DNA of 64,000 bases from Dehalococcoidia bacterium (GTDB lineage: Bacteria; Chloroflexota; Dehalococcoidia; GIF9; AB-539-J10). The notes beneath the pieces are model-generated. The model was not told the origin of the DNA and made no database searches. It worked only from the letters and a program-made list of their open reading frames with translations. Numbering within the stretch: the first letter of the stretch is position 1; every line of letters begins with the position of its first letter. The stretch spans positions 2,491 to 66,490 of the forward strand of contig JAXGQG010000010.1 of assembly GCA_040766535.1 (NCBI GenBank). The letters are read 5' to 3'. The position numbers and the translations under genes are program-made. This document shows, one piece after another, positions 19,769 to 28,007 of this stretch.

Positions 19769-20644
19769 ATGCCGGGGATCATTCTTGACGGGCGCAGGAT
19801 GTCAGCAGAGATACGCGAGGAGTTGCGCAGCCGCGTCACGGCGCTGGGCGCTCGTGGCGTCACAGCGACGCTTTCCGGGTTCCTCGTCGGCGACGATCCG
19901 GGTTCGGCAAGTTATGTGAGACTCAAGGAGAAAGCCGCACACGACGTCGGTTTGAAAGCGGAGATGACCCACCTTCCCGGCGATTGTTCCCAGGATGAAC
20001 TCTGCAGGCAAGTGATTGAGTCGAGTCAAAGACACGACGTGCATGGCGTCTTCGTGCAACTCCCCCTGCCAGCGCACATGGACGAGAACGCGGTTCTCGC
20101 CCTCGTGGCCCCTGAGAAAGACATAGACGGCTTTAATCCGCTCAACGTGGGACGTGCATGGCTGGGGCAGGATTCCTTTGTGCCGGCCACCGCCGCCGGC
20201 ATCATCGAAATGCTGGAACGCGAAGGCCTCGCCGCACTGCAGCACCGGCACGCGGTAATCGTGAACACTGACAGCCTCGTGGGCAAGCCGACGGCTGCAC
20301 TGCTGTTGGAGCGATTCGGAGCGAACGTCACGATGTGTCATCCGGATTCACCCGAACTGGTGTACTGGAGCCGAACAGCCGACCTCCTGGTGGTGTCCGT
20401 TAACCGGCCGCGCTTCATCACGGCCGACATGGTGAAAGAGGGAGTCATCGCATTCGACTTCGGTTCCAACTACATCGAGGACGCGGCGGCGCCTCAGGGT
20501 CAGCGGCTGGTGGGCGATCTCGATTTCGATCCGGTACGAGCCAAGGCCCGCGCCATCACGCCCGTCCCGGGGGGACTCGGACCGATGACGGTCACCATGT
20601 TGCTTGCGCATACCGTGGTCGCGGCCGAGCGTCTATCTTCATGA
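19769..20644 (+). CDS. folD: FolD family paralog 2 (SxxYxxxK motif intact, NADP Rossmann motif degenerate)
   Basis: [36 protein letters not shown]. The GxSxxxG position reads VNTDSLVGKP, and VIDVGIN reads AFDFGSN. Confidence 0.85.
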   Translation: MPGIILDGRRMSAEIREELRSRVTALGARGVTATLSGFLVGDDPGSASYVRLKEKAAHDVGLKAEMTHLPGDCSQDELCRQVIESSQRHDVHGVFVQLPLPAHMDENAVLALVAPEKDIDGFNPLNVGRAWLGQDSFVPATAAGIIEMLEREGLAALQHRHAVIVNTDSLVGKPTAALLLERFGANVTMCHPDSPELVYWSRTADLLVVSVNRPRFITADMVKEGVIAFDFGSNYIEDAAAPQGQRLVGDLDFDPVRAKARAITPVPGGLGPMTVTMLLAHTVVAAERLSS

Positions 20645-20717
20645 GGGTGGATTCGCATCTACCGGTTCTCCGATGCAGCAGTGCGATCAGTGCCATGTGA
20701 GACTGCGAACGGTGACC

Positions 20718-20747
20718 TTGACAGCGGAAAACGCAGACAGCTACAAT
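20718..20747 (+). promoter_or_regulatory. sigma-70-type promoter for pyrG-tal-rho
   Basis: TTGACA (20718..20723), 18-nt spacer, TACAAT (20742..20747), about 78 nt upstream of the pyrG ATG. Confidence 0.7.
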
Positions 20748-20825
20748 TTCATCATCAATCCTTCCCCATGCAACTTCCGGTAATCCCTGCTGTGCATACT
20801 TCCGTAGATAGTGCGTTGTACTAAC

Positions 20826-22439
20826 ATGTCGAAGTACGTATTCGTCACAGGCGGCGTTCTCAGTTCAGTTGGTAAGGGCGTCTCTGTCGCGTCTCTGGGG
20901 AGAATCCTCAAGAGCCGCGGATTCACGATAGGCGCCCAGAAGCTTGACCCTTATCTGAATGCGGAGCCGGGCTTGATGTCGCCCGCACAACACGGTGAGC
21001 TCTTTCTGACCAAGGACGGCGCGGCCGCCGACCTCGACCTCGGCCACTACGAGAGATTCATCGGAGTCGAATTGAGCCGGTACTCGAGCGTTACCGCCGG
21101 ACAGGTGTATCGTGCATTGCTCGAGAAAGAACGTCGCGGCGATTACCTCGGCGGCACCATTCAGGTTGTTCCGCAGCTCACGGATGAGATCAAGCGCCTC
21201 ATTCGTCGTGGTGCGGACGCCAACGAGGCAGACATAGCCATCACCGAAGTCGGCGGCACCGTTGGCGACATCGAGGGACAGCCGTTTCTCGAGGCCATTC
21301 GGCAGATGCGCAACGAGGAGGGACGCGACAACGTCCTCTACGTGCACGTGACCTTTCTGCCCTACATCGGCGCCACTCATGAGTTAAAGACGAAGCCAAC
21401 CCAGCATAGCGTGAACGAGTTGCGGCGCATCGGTATTCAGCCTGATGTCATCCTCTGCCGAAGCGACTTCCCCGTTGCCGAATCCATTCGCGACAAGATA
21501 TCTCTCTTCTGCGACGTCGAAAAGGACGCGGTAGTCTCTCTTGAAACCAGTGAAACAATCTACGAGGTCCCCCTCGTGCTCGAGGCGGCGGGGATCGGCG
21601 ATTTCATCTGCAACAGGCTCGGCCTCAAAGCTGCCGCGCCCGCTCTGGAGGGATGGCGTTCCCTTGTGGATCGTCTCAAGCAGCCACGTGACCCGGTTCA
21701 CATCGCGATTGTCGGAGAACACGTGCAGCTCGAAGATGCCTACTACTCCGTGCGGGAGGCACTCGTCCACGCCGCACTGATACACGGCAGTGAGCCCGTG
21801 TTCCACTGGATAGACTCGAAGAAACTCACCGCAGGTGATTGTTCGCCGCTGCGCAGCGTCCAGGGTATCGTTATCCCGGGCAGTTCTCACTATCAGAGTA
21901 TGGATGGCCTGATCGTGGCCGCAGCGTATGCACGTGCCAATGGTATCCCGTTCCTTGGCATCGACACCGGCATGCACGCAATGGTTGTTGAACACGCGCG
22001 CAGCGTTGCCGGACTGCAGGGCGCTGGTTCGAGCGAATACGACGCCGAGAGCACCCATCCGGTGGTGGAGAGAATCCCCAACGGCAACGGAAGCGGCCTG
22101 CGGCAGGGAACCATCCCGTGCCGGCTGATCGAGGGTACGCGAGCCGCCGCTGCATACGGTGCGGGACTGAGTTACGAACGCCACCGCCATTCGCATGAAT
22201 TCAATGGACACTATCGTGGTGCGCTGAGGGAGGCGGGACTGATTCCTTCGGGAGTCTCCGCGGACGACCAGTTCGTCGACATCGTGGAGACCCAGAACCA
22301 TCCGTGGATGGTTGGCTGCCAGTTCCACGCCGAGTTCAAGTCCAGGCCTGACTTGCCTCACCCGCTCTTCGTCGCGTTTGTCGACGCTTCCAGACACACG
22401 CTCGTTGAGGGTGCGCAACCCTCACTTCCGATAAGCTGA
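20826..22439 (+). CDS. pyrG: CTP synthase
   Basis: [19 protein letters not shown]-terminus and a glutamine amidotransferase C-terminal domain. ATG at 20826 gives the canonical N-terminus. Confidence 0.95.
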   Translation: MSKYVFVTGGVLSSVGKGVSVASLGRILKSRGFTIGAQKLDPYLNAEPGLMSPAQHGELFLTKDGAAADLDLGHYERFIGVELSRYSSVTAGQVYRALLEKERRGDYLGGTIQVVPQLTDEIKRLIRRGADANEADIAITEVGGTVGDIEGQPFLEAIRQMRNEEGRDNVLYVHVTFLPYIGATHELKTKPTQHSVNELRRIGIQPDVILCRSDFPVAESIRDKISLFCDVEKDAVVSLETSETIYEVPLVLEAAGIGDFICNRLGLKAAAPALEGWRSLVDRLKQPRDPVHIAIVGEHVQLEDAYYSVREALVHAALIHGSEPVFHWIDSKKLTAGDCSPLRSVQGIVIPGSSHYQSMDGLIVAAAYARANGIPFLGIDTGMHAMVVEHARSVAGLQGAGSSEYDAESTHPVVERIPNGNGSGLRQGTIPCRLIEGTRAAAAYGAGLSYERHRHSHEFNGHYRGALREAGLIPSGVSADDQFVDIVETQNHPWMVGCQFHAEFKSRPDLPHPLFVAFVDASRHTLVEGAQPSLPIS

Positions 22440-22451
22440 CAGGAGGTACCC

Positions 22452-23123
22452 ATGCGCCTGTTCCTCGACACCGCCAACCTCGCGCATATCAAACATGGCG
22501 TCGACCTCGGAGTAGTCTCCGGCGTAACGACCAACCCCAGCCTGGTCTCAAAGGAAGGAAAGGTCGATTACCGGTCCCTGGTGCAGCAGATTTGCTCCGT
22601 CGTGCCGGGCCCGGTCTCAACCGAAGTCCTCAGTGAGAAGGCCGAGGGCATGGTGGCCGAAGCTCGTGAAATCGTCACATGGGCCGAGAACATCGCGGTG
22701 AAGATACCGACTACGCCTGAAGGACTTAAGGCCACGGCGCTCCTTGCCAGAGACGGCATCAAGGTCAACATGACGCTGTGCTTCTCGTTGAACCAGGCGA
22801 TACTGGCGGCCGAGGCAGGAGCGGCGTTTGTGAGTCCCTTTGTAGGACGACTGGACGACATCGGCGAGGACGGAATGCAACTCGTAGTTGACATCGTGGA
22901 GTACCTCAGTTACTATAGCCTTCCCACCCAGGTTATTGCTGCCAGCATCAGGCATACCGCCCACTGTCTCTCAGCCGCGAAAGCTGGCGCCCACATCGCA
23001 ACGATACCCTACGGGGTTCTGCTACAGATGGTAGAGCACCCGCTCACAACCATCGGTGTGCGTCGTTTCGCGGATGACTGGAACAAGGTAATGGGTAACA
23101 CCGGCATACTGCCACAGCAGTAG
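22452..23123 (+). CDS. tal: transaldolase / fructose-6-phosphate aldolase family (short form)
   Basis: MRLFLDTANL...GVTTNPSL, KIPTTPEG, NMTLCFS, SPFVGRLDD. Confidence 0.9.
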   Translation: MRLFLDTANLAHIKHGVDLGVVSGVTTNPSLVSKEGKVDYRSLVQQICSVVPGPVSTEVLSEKAEGMVAEAREIVTWAENIAVKIPTTPEGLKATALLARDGIKVNMTLCFSLNQAILAAEAGAAFVSPFVGRLDDIGEDGMQLVVDIVEYLSYYSLPTQVIAASIRHTAHCLSAAKAGAHIATIPYGVLLQMVEHPLTTIGVRRFADDWNKVMGNTGILPQQ

Positions 23124-23153
23124 CAGTTCGTTCTACGATCTCAGGAGAGAATC

Positions 23154-24419
23154 ATGCTGACTATGGCCCAATTGGAGAACAAGAACCGCGACGAGGTCGA
23201 GGCCATCGCAAAGGAACAGGGCATCACCGGCTACTCCTCCCTGCGCAAGGCGGAGTTGATTACGACGATACTCAAGACCCAGGCTGAGCAGCAGGGCAAC
23301 CTGTTTCTCGAGGGCATTCTCGAGATCATGGGGGAGGGTTACGGCTTCCTGCGCCAGGAGAACTTCCTGAGGGGCGCCAGCGACGTTTACGTCTCCAATT
23401 CTCAGATTCGCCGCTTCAATCTTCGGGATGGCGACCACGTGTGTGGCCAGGCTCGCCCTCCCAAAGAGGGAGAGAAGTACTACGGATTGCTGCGTGTGGA
23501 GAGCATCAACGGCCTCGACCCTGAGGCGGCCAAGAAGCGGCCCACGTTCGCCTCGCTCACTCCGCTGTTTCCTGACAAGCGCATCACTCTTGAGACCACC
23601 CCAGAGGAACTGTCGACGCGGCTCATCGACCTTATCGCCCCAATCGGCAGAGGACAGCGCGGTCTCATCGTCTCGCCGCCCAAGGCAGGCAAGACGGTAC
23701 TGCTGAAGAAGATCGCTAACGCGATAGCCACCAACTATCCCGATATTCACCTCATCGTCTGCCTCATCGGGGAGCGCCCTGAGGAAGTGACGGACATGAG
23801 GCGGTCGGTAAACGCCGAGGTTATCGCAGCCACCTTCGATGAGCCGGTCGAGACTCAGACACGTGTCGCCGAACTGGCACTCGAGCGTTCGAAACGGCTC
23901 GTGGAACTGGGCAAGGATGTGGTAGTGCTGCTCGATGGCATCACACGGCTCACCAGGGCATACAATCTGGCGATGCCCGCCAGCGGCCGCACCCTTTCCG
24001 GAGGTATCGACTCCGCCGCCCTGCACCCGCCCAAGCGGTTCTTCGGCACGGCCCGGAACACCGATCAGGGCGGAAGCCTGACGATCATCGCCACGTGTCT
24101 TATCGACACCGGCAGCCGCATGGACGAATTGATCTACGAGGAGTTCAAGGGCACCGGCAACATGGAACTGCATCTGGACCGGAAGATGTCTGAGAAGCGC
24201 ATGTTCCCGGCCATCAATATCATCCCCAGCGGCACGCGGAGAGAGGAACTGCTGCTCGATGCTGAGACGCTACGCCAGGTGTGGCTGCTGCGCCGCATGG
24301 TCAGCATGTTGAACGATGACTCTCAGAATCTGGGAGAGGCCACCGAGCGCGTCCTGCAGCGGATGGCCAAGTCGCGGAACAACGCCGAGTTCCTGGCCAA
24401 TCTCACCAAGGATATCTAG
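23154..24419 (+). CDS. rho: transcription termination factor Rho
   Basis: N-terminal Rho_N (AELITTIL), RNA-binding domain (GYGFLR), P-loop PPKAGKT, RecA-like ATPase domain. Confidence 0.96.
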   Translation: MLTMAQLENKNRDEVEAIAKEQGITGYSSLRKAELITTILKTQAEQQGNLFLEGILEIMGEGYGFLRQENFLRGASDVYVSNSQIRRFNLRDGDHVCGQARPPKEGEKYYGLLRVESINGLDPEAAKKRPTFASLTPLFPDKRITLETTPEELSTRLIDLIAPIGRGQRGLIVSPPKAGKTVLLKKIANAIATNYPDIHLIVCLIGERPEEVTDMRRSVNAEVIAATFDEPVETQTRVAELALERSKRLVELGKDVVVLLDGITRLTRAYNLAMPASGRTLSGGIDSAALHPPKRFFGTARNTDQGGSLTIIATCLIDTGSRMDELIYEEFKGTGNMELHLDRKMSEKRMFPAINIIPSGTRREELLLDAETLRQVWLLRRMVSMLNDDSQNLGEATERVLQRMAKSRNNAEFLANLTKDI

Positions 24420-24427
24420 ATTCCGAC

Positions 24428-24458
24428 CCCGTGCATGCACCAGCGGTGCATGCACGGG
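24428..24458. repeat. two copies of the 10-bp palindrome GTGCATGCAC, 15 bp apart, together forming a 14-bp perfect hairpin
   Basis: cCCGTGCATGCACC agc GGTGCATGCACGGg, beginning 9 nt after the rho stop codon. No U-tract follows. Confidence 0.8.
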
Positions 24459-24466
24459 ACAGCGCG

Positions 24467-24646
24467 ATGACTATGTCGACACCAGGACCAAACTGGTTCC
24501 ACCGAACCAACATTCGAATCAAGCGCGCCCTTGGCGCCAATGTGATTCTCTGCGACAGCTGCAAGTGGAACTGGCGCAGCGCGTGCCGCAGGCCCGAACG
24601 CCCGCACGCAGCATGGTGCCCCGACTATACGCGAAAGGGTACCTAG
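24467..24646 (+). CDS. small Cys-rich hypothetical protein (about 59 aa)
   Basis: Reads MTMSTPGPNWFHRTNIRIKRALGANVILCDSCKWNWRSACRRPERPHAAWCPDYTRKGT with a CxxC...C...C pattern and sensible codon usage. No SD and no family recognised. The start (24467, 24473 or GTG 24431) is uncertain. Confidence 0.4.
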   Translation: MTMSTPGPNWFHRTNIRIKRALGANVILCDSCKWNWRSACRRPERPHAAWCPDYTRKGT

Positions 24647-24650
24647 CCAG

Positions 24651-25946
24651 TCAGGCCTCCCTCTCGAATACGGCCGCCATCCCCTGACCACCTCCAATGC
24701 ACATGCTCACCACGCCGTACCTCAGGTTCCTGCGCGTCATGTCGTGCATCAGCGTGACCACCTGCCGCGCTCCTGTGCATCCGATGGGATGACCCAGCGA
24801 TATGCCACTTCCGTGCGGATTAGTCCTGGCCCAATCAAGGCCGAGTTCCCTGGCGCACGCGATGGCCTGTGCGGCAAAGGCCTCGTTCAACTCGACGACA
24901 TCGAGATCGTCGACCATGAGGCCGGCGCGATGCAGGGCCTTACGTATCGCGGGGATTGGACCGATGCCCATGTACTTGGGATCGACGGCGCCCGAGGCAA
25001 ATGACTTGATGCTCACCAGGGGCTTCAGACCCAGCTCATTCGCCTTCTCACGGGTCATCATAACCACTGCCGCTGCTGCATCGTTGATACCGGACGCATT
25101 CCCGGCGGTGACGGTTCCATTCGGCCGGAAGGCCGGCCTGAGCTTCGCCATCTTCTCCTTGTTCGTGTCCATGGGACGTTCATCGGTATCGAAGATGACG
25201 GGCTCACCCTTTCGCTGCGGCAGCTCAACAGGCAGGATCTCGTCCTTGAACAATCCCGCCGCAATAGCTGCCCTCGCCCGCTGATGGCTCATAGCACCGA
25301 TCTCATCCTGCTCCTCGCGCGTGATGCCGTAACGCGCCGCCACTTCCTCAGCGGTATTGCCCATGTGAAAACCGTAGAAGATCTCCCACAACCCGTCGTA
25401 GACCATGAGGTCCCGCAACTCTCCCACACCATCAACATCCATCCGGTAGCCCCACCGTGCCTTCGGCAGGCCGTACGGTGCACAACTCATGTTCTCCATG
25501 CCACCAGCGACAACAACATCCGCCTCACCCAGCAAGATGGGTTGAGCACCCACGGTGATGGCCTTGAGCCCTGAGCCACAAACCTTGTTGACCGTGAAGG
25601 CGGGCGTTTCTTTCGGTATGCCCGCGCGAACGGTCGCCTGGCGTGCAGCGTTCTGTCCCAGTCCAGCCTGAAGCACGTTCCCCAGCACCACTTCATCCAC
25701 CTGGACTTCTTTCAGCCCTTTGTCGTAGTTGTGGTACCGCTGCTCCAACTCCACCATTCCGTCCTCTTTCGTGCGGTCCGGGCTGACCTTGTGGAACCAC
25801 TCTCCGGTCTTCGGCCGCAGTCCGGCGCGGAGCAGCGCTTCGCGCATCACCATCGCGCCGAGATCGACCACGGGGATATCCTTGAGGCTGCCACCGAAGT
25901 TGCCTATCGCTGTTCGGCAGCCACTGACGATAACTACTTCGCGCAT
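24651..25946 (-). CDS. acetyl-CoA C-acetyltransferase (thiolase) with an N-terminal-domain insertion
   Basis: VNKVCGSGLKAI (active-site Cys), NEAFAAQ, GHPIGCTGAR. Carries about 35 extra residues after RAGLRP. Confidence 0.9.
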   Translation of the reverse strand: MREVVIVSGCRTAIGNFGGSLKDIPVVDLGAMVMREALLRAGLRPKTGEWFHKVSPDRTKEDGMVELEQRYHNYDKGLKEVQVDEVVLGNVLQAGLGQNAARQATVRAGIPKETPAFTVNKVCGSGLKAITVGAQPILLGEADVVVAGGMENMSCAPYGLPKARWGYRMDVDGVGELRDLMVYDGLWEIFYGFHMGNTAEEVAARYGITREEQDEIGAMSHQRARAAIAAGLFKDEILPVELPQRKGEPVIFDTDERPMDTNKEKMAKLRPAFRPNGTVTAGNASGINDAAAAVVMMTREKANELGLKPLVSIKSFASGAVDPKYMGIGPIPAIRKALHRAGLMVDDLDVVELNEAFAAQAIACARELGLDWARTNPHGSGISLGHPIGCTGARQVVTLMHDMTRRNLRYGVVSMCIGGGQGMAAVFEREA

Positions 25947-26154
25947 TTCACTCCTTTATTGACGACCAACTGACCACACATTGTGCCGCATTAAGGCGGC
26001 ACCGAGCAACATCTCGCAGCCGCATGCGTTTGCCGGCAGCGTACGTTGCGCACATCATCAGAGGTGTCATACAATGGCCACCCGGAAGTCGATGCTGCGA
26101 TGCGGCCGCGCCGCCGCCGCGGCCTGTTCTAATCAGCCACCAGGAGGTCCACCC

Positions 26155-26796
26155 ATGGCGTGGGATCGTGCAGCCCTTGCGAATGCCGTGCAGAACGGAG
26201 ATGATGATGAAACGCTGGCAATGGTGAAGACCGCCCTTGCCGACGGTGTCCCAGCAATGGAGATACTGGACGGGGCGCTTGTGCCGGGTATCCAGCAGTT
26301 GGGCGAGTTGTTCAAGGATGGAGAAGTCTTCCTGCCCGAAGTACTCATCGCCTGCCGGGCTATGGACCGCGGAGTGGCCGAACTCAAGCCGTTTCTCACG
26401 ACGGGTGATGTACACCGCAAAGGGAAGATCATCATCGGGACAGTGGAGGGAGACCTCCACGACATCGGCAAGAACATCGTCCGACTCATGCTCGAATGCG
26501 GCGGATTCGAGGTAATCGACCTGGGTGTGGACGTACCGGCCAGCAGATTCGTGGACGCGGTCAAGGAACACTCGCCGGACATCGTCGCGATGTCCGCGCT
26601 GCTCACGATCACCATGACCAATATGCCGGAGGTCATCGCCGCTCTGGAACAGGCGGGGCTCAGGAAGAGCGTCAATGTCATGATCGGTGGAGCACCCATC
26701 ACACGCGAATACGCGGATCAGATCGGCGCCGAGGGCTTCGCCGAGGACTGCGCCTCCGCAGTTCAGGAAGCCGAGAGGCTCGCTATCCCGCGGTAG
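26155..26796 (+). CDS. corrinoid (cobalamin-binding) methyl-carrier protein
   Basis: B12-binding cap helices followed by GDLHDIGKNIV (DxHxxG), MSALLT (SxL) and MIGGAPI (GG). ATG at 26155 is preceded by AGGAGG. Confidence 0.88.
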   Translation: MAWDRAALANAVQNGDDDETLAMVKTALADGVPAMEILDGALVPGIQQLGELFKDGEVFLPEVLIACRAMDRGVAELKPFLTTGDVHRKGKIIIGTVEGDLHDIGKNIVRLMLECGGFEVIDLGVDVPASRFVDAVKEHSPDIVAMSALLTITMTNMPEVIAALEQAGLRKSVNVMIGGAPITREYADQIGAEGFAEDCASAVQEAERLAIPR

Positions 26797-26822
26797 CAGC
26801 GCGCCCACGACGGAGGCACAGC

Positions 26823-28007
26823 ATGACAGACTCATTGAGACAGCGGTTTCTGGACATATGCAGATTCAAACGCACGGGCGACCTTTGCCTCCTTGCGCCA
26901 TGGTTGAACGACTTCTGGATGGAGACTCCAGACGTGTGGGTGAGCCAGGGGGCGCCCGCCGAGTTGGCCGACCCCCGCACGTTGCGCGAGTATTTCGAGT
27001 TCGAGCACATCCGCGTTCTGAGAGAGGTCCAGACGGGCCTGTTCATGGACAAACGCCTCGACGTGCTTGGCAGGAACTACGTGTACGCCATCCCACCCAT
27101 CATTCCCACCTACGAGATCCGGATGCTGGGTGAGGACGAGCACACACTGTCCCTCGTCAACGAAGGCGGCCAGGTTGTGCGCATCGACAAGCGTGACCCC
27201 CAGAAGATGCCGATGTACCTTGACCATCCGGTCAAGGATTGGGACACATGGAAGGAGTACAAGAAGCGCCTTGATCCCTCTTCCCCCGAACGGTTCCCGG
27301 CAGACTGGCAGGCGTACGCCGCCAGGATGAACGCGAAGGATGAGCCCCTGCTGCTCAACGTGGGCAGCTTCTTCGGCTTCCTACGCGAATGGATGGGCCT
27401 CGAGCCATTCCTCTTTGCTCTACACGACGAACCCGCGCTGATAGAAGACATGATGGACACGCTCTGTGAGATGGAGTCCGTCTGCATACACCGCGCCATG
27501 GAGAGCGTGCGCGTGGATGCCGCCATGTTCTGGGAGGATATGGCCTTCAAGACGGGACCACTACTCTCACCGAAGATGTTCCGGCAGTTCATGATGCCGC
27601 GCTACAAGGTCATCACGGACCTTCTCCGGTCGAAGGGCGTCGACATCATCTTCGTCGATAGCGACGGGGCGCTGAACCAGCTCATTCCGTTGTGGCTCGA
27701 GAGCGGTGTGAACTTCTTCTGGCCGCTCGAGTGCGCAGCCGGAAACGATGCGGTTGAACTGCGCAAGAAGTACGGCAAGGACGCCATCTTGGGTGGCAAC
27801 ATCGACAAGCGGGCACTTCTCAAGGGGAAGGACGTCATCCGGCAGGAGGTCATGTCCAAGGTGCCCTATCTGCTGGAGACGGGCGGCTACTTCCCGTCCA
27901 TCGACCACTTCGTGCCACCGGATGTGCCGTTCGAGAACTACGTTTACTTCATCAACACTCTGCGCGAGGTAGCCGGGCTGCCACCGCTTAAGGGGCGCTC
28001 CGGCTAG
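26823..28007 (+). CDS. uroporphyrinogen decarboxylase (URO-D) family protein, probable corrinoid-dependent methyltransferase
   Basis: About 394 aa. URO-D/MtaA-like C-terminal half (AAMFWEDMAFKTGPLLSPKMFRQFMMPRY, IIFVDSDGA, GGNIDKRALL). ATG at 26823 is preceded by GGAGG. The 109 upstream codons of the ORF overlap the corrinoid gene and look like an artefact. Confidence 0.75.
   Translation: MTDSLRQRFLDICRFKRTGDLCLLAPWLNDFWMETPDVWVSQGAPAELADPRTLREYFEFEHIRVLREVQTGLFMDKRLDVLGRNYVYAIPPIIPTYEIRMLGEDEHTLSLVNEGGQVVRIDKRDPQKMPMYLDHPVKDWDTWKEYKKRLDPSSPERFPADWQAYAARMNAKDEPLLLNVGSFFGFLREWMGLEPFLFALHDEPALIEDMMDTLCEMESVCIHRAMESVRVDAAMFWEDMAFKTGPLLSPKMFRQFMMPRYKVITDLLRSKGVDIIFVDSDGALNQLIPLWLESGVNFFWPLECAAGNDAVELRKKYGKDAILGGNIDKRALLKGKDVIRQEVMSKVPYLLETGGYFPSIDHFVPPDVPFENYVYFINTLREVAGLPPLKGRSG

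Noticed and set aside
26496-26822. 109-codon N-terminal extension of the URO-D-family ORF (ORF-track start 26496).
   Set aside because: The extension overlaps the 3' half of the corrinoid-protein gene in another frame and is Arg/Gly-rich. ATG 26823, with a GGAGG SD, gives a normal URO-D-size protein.
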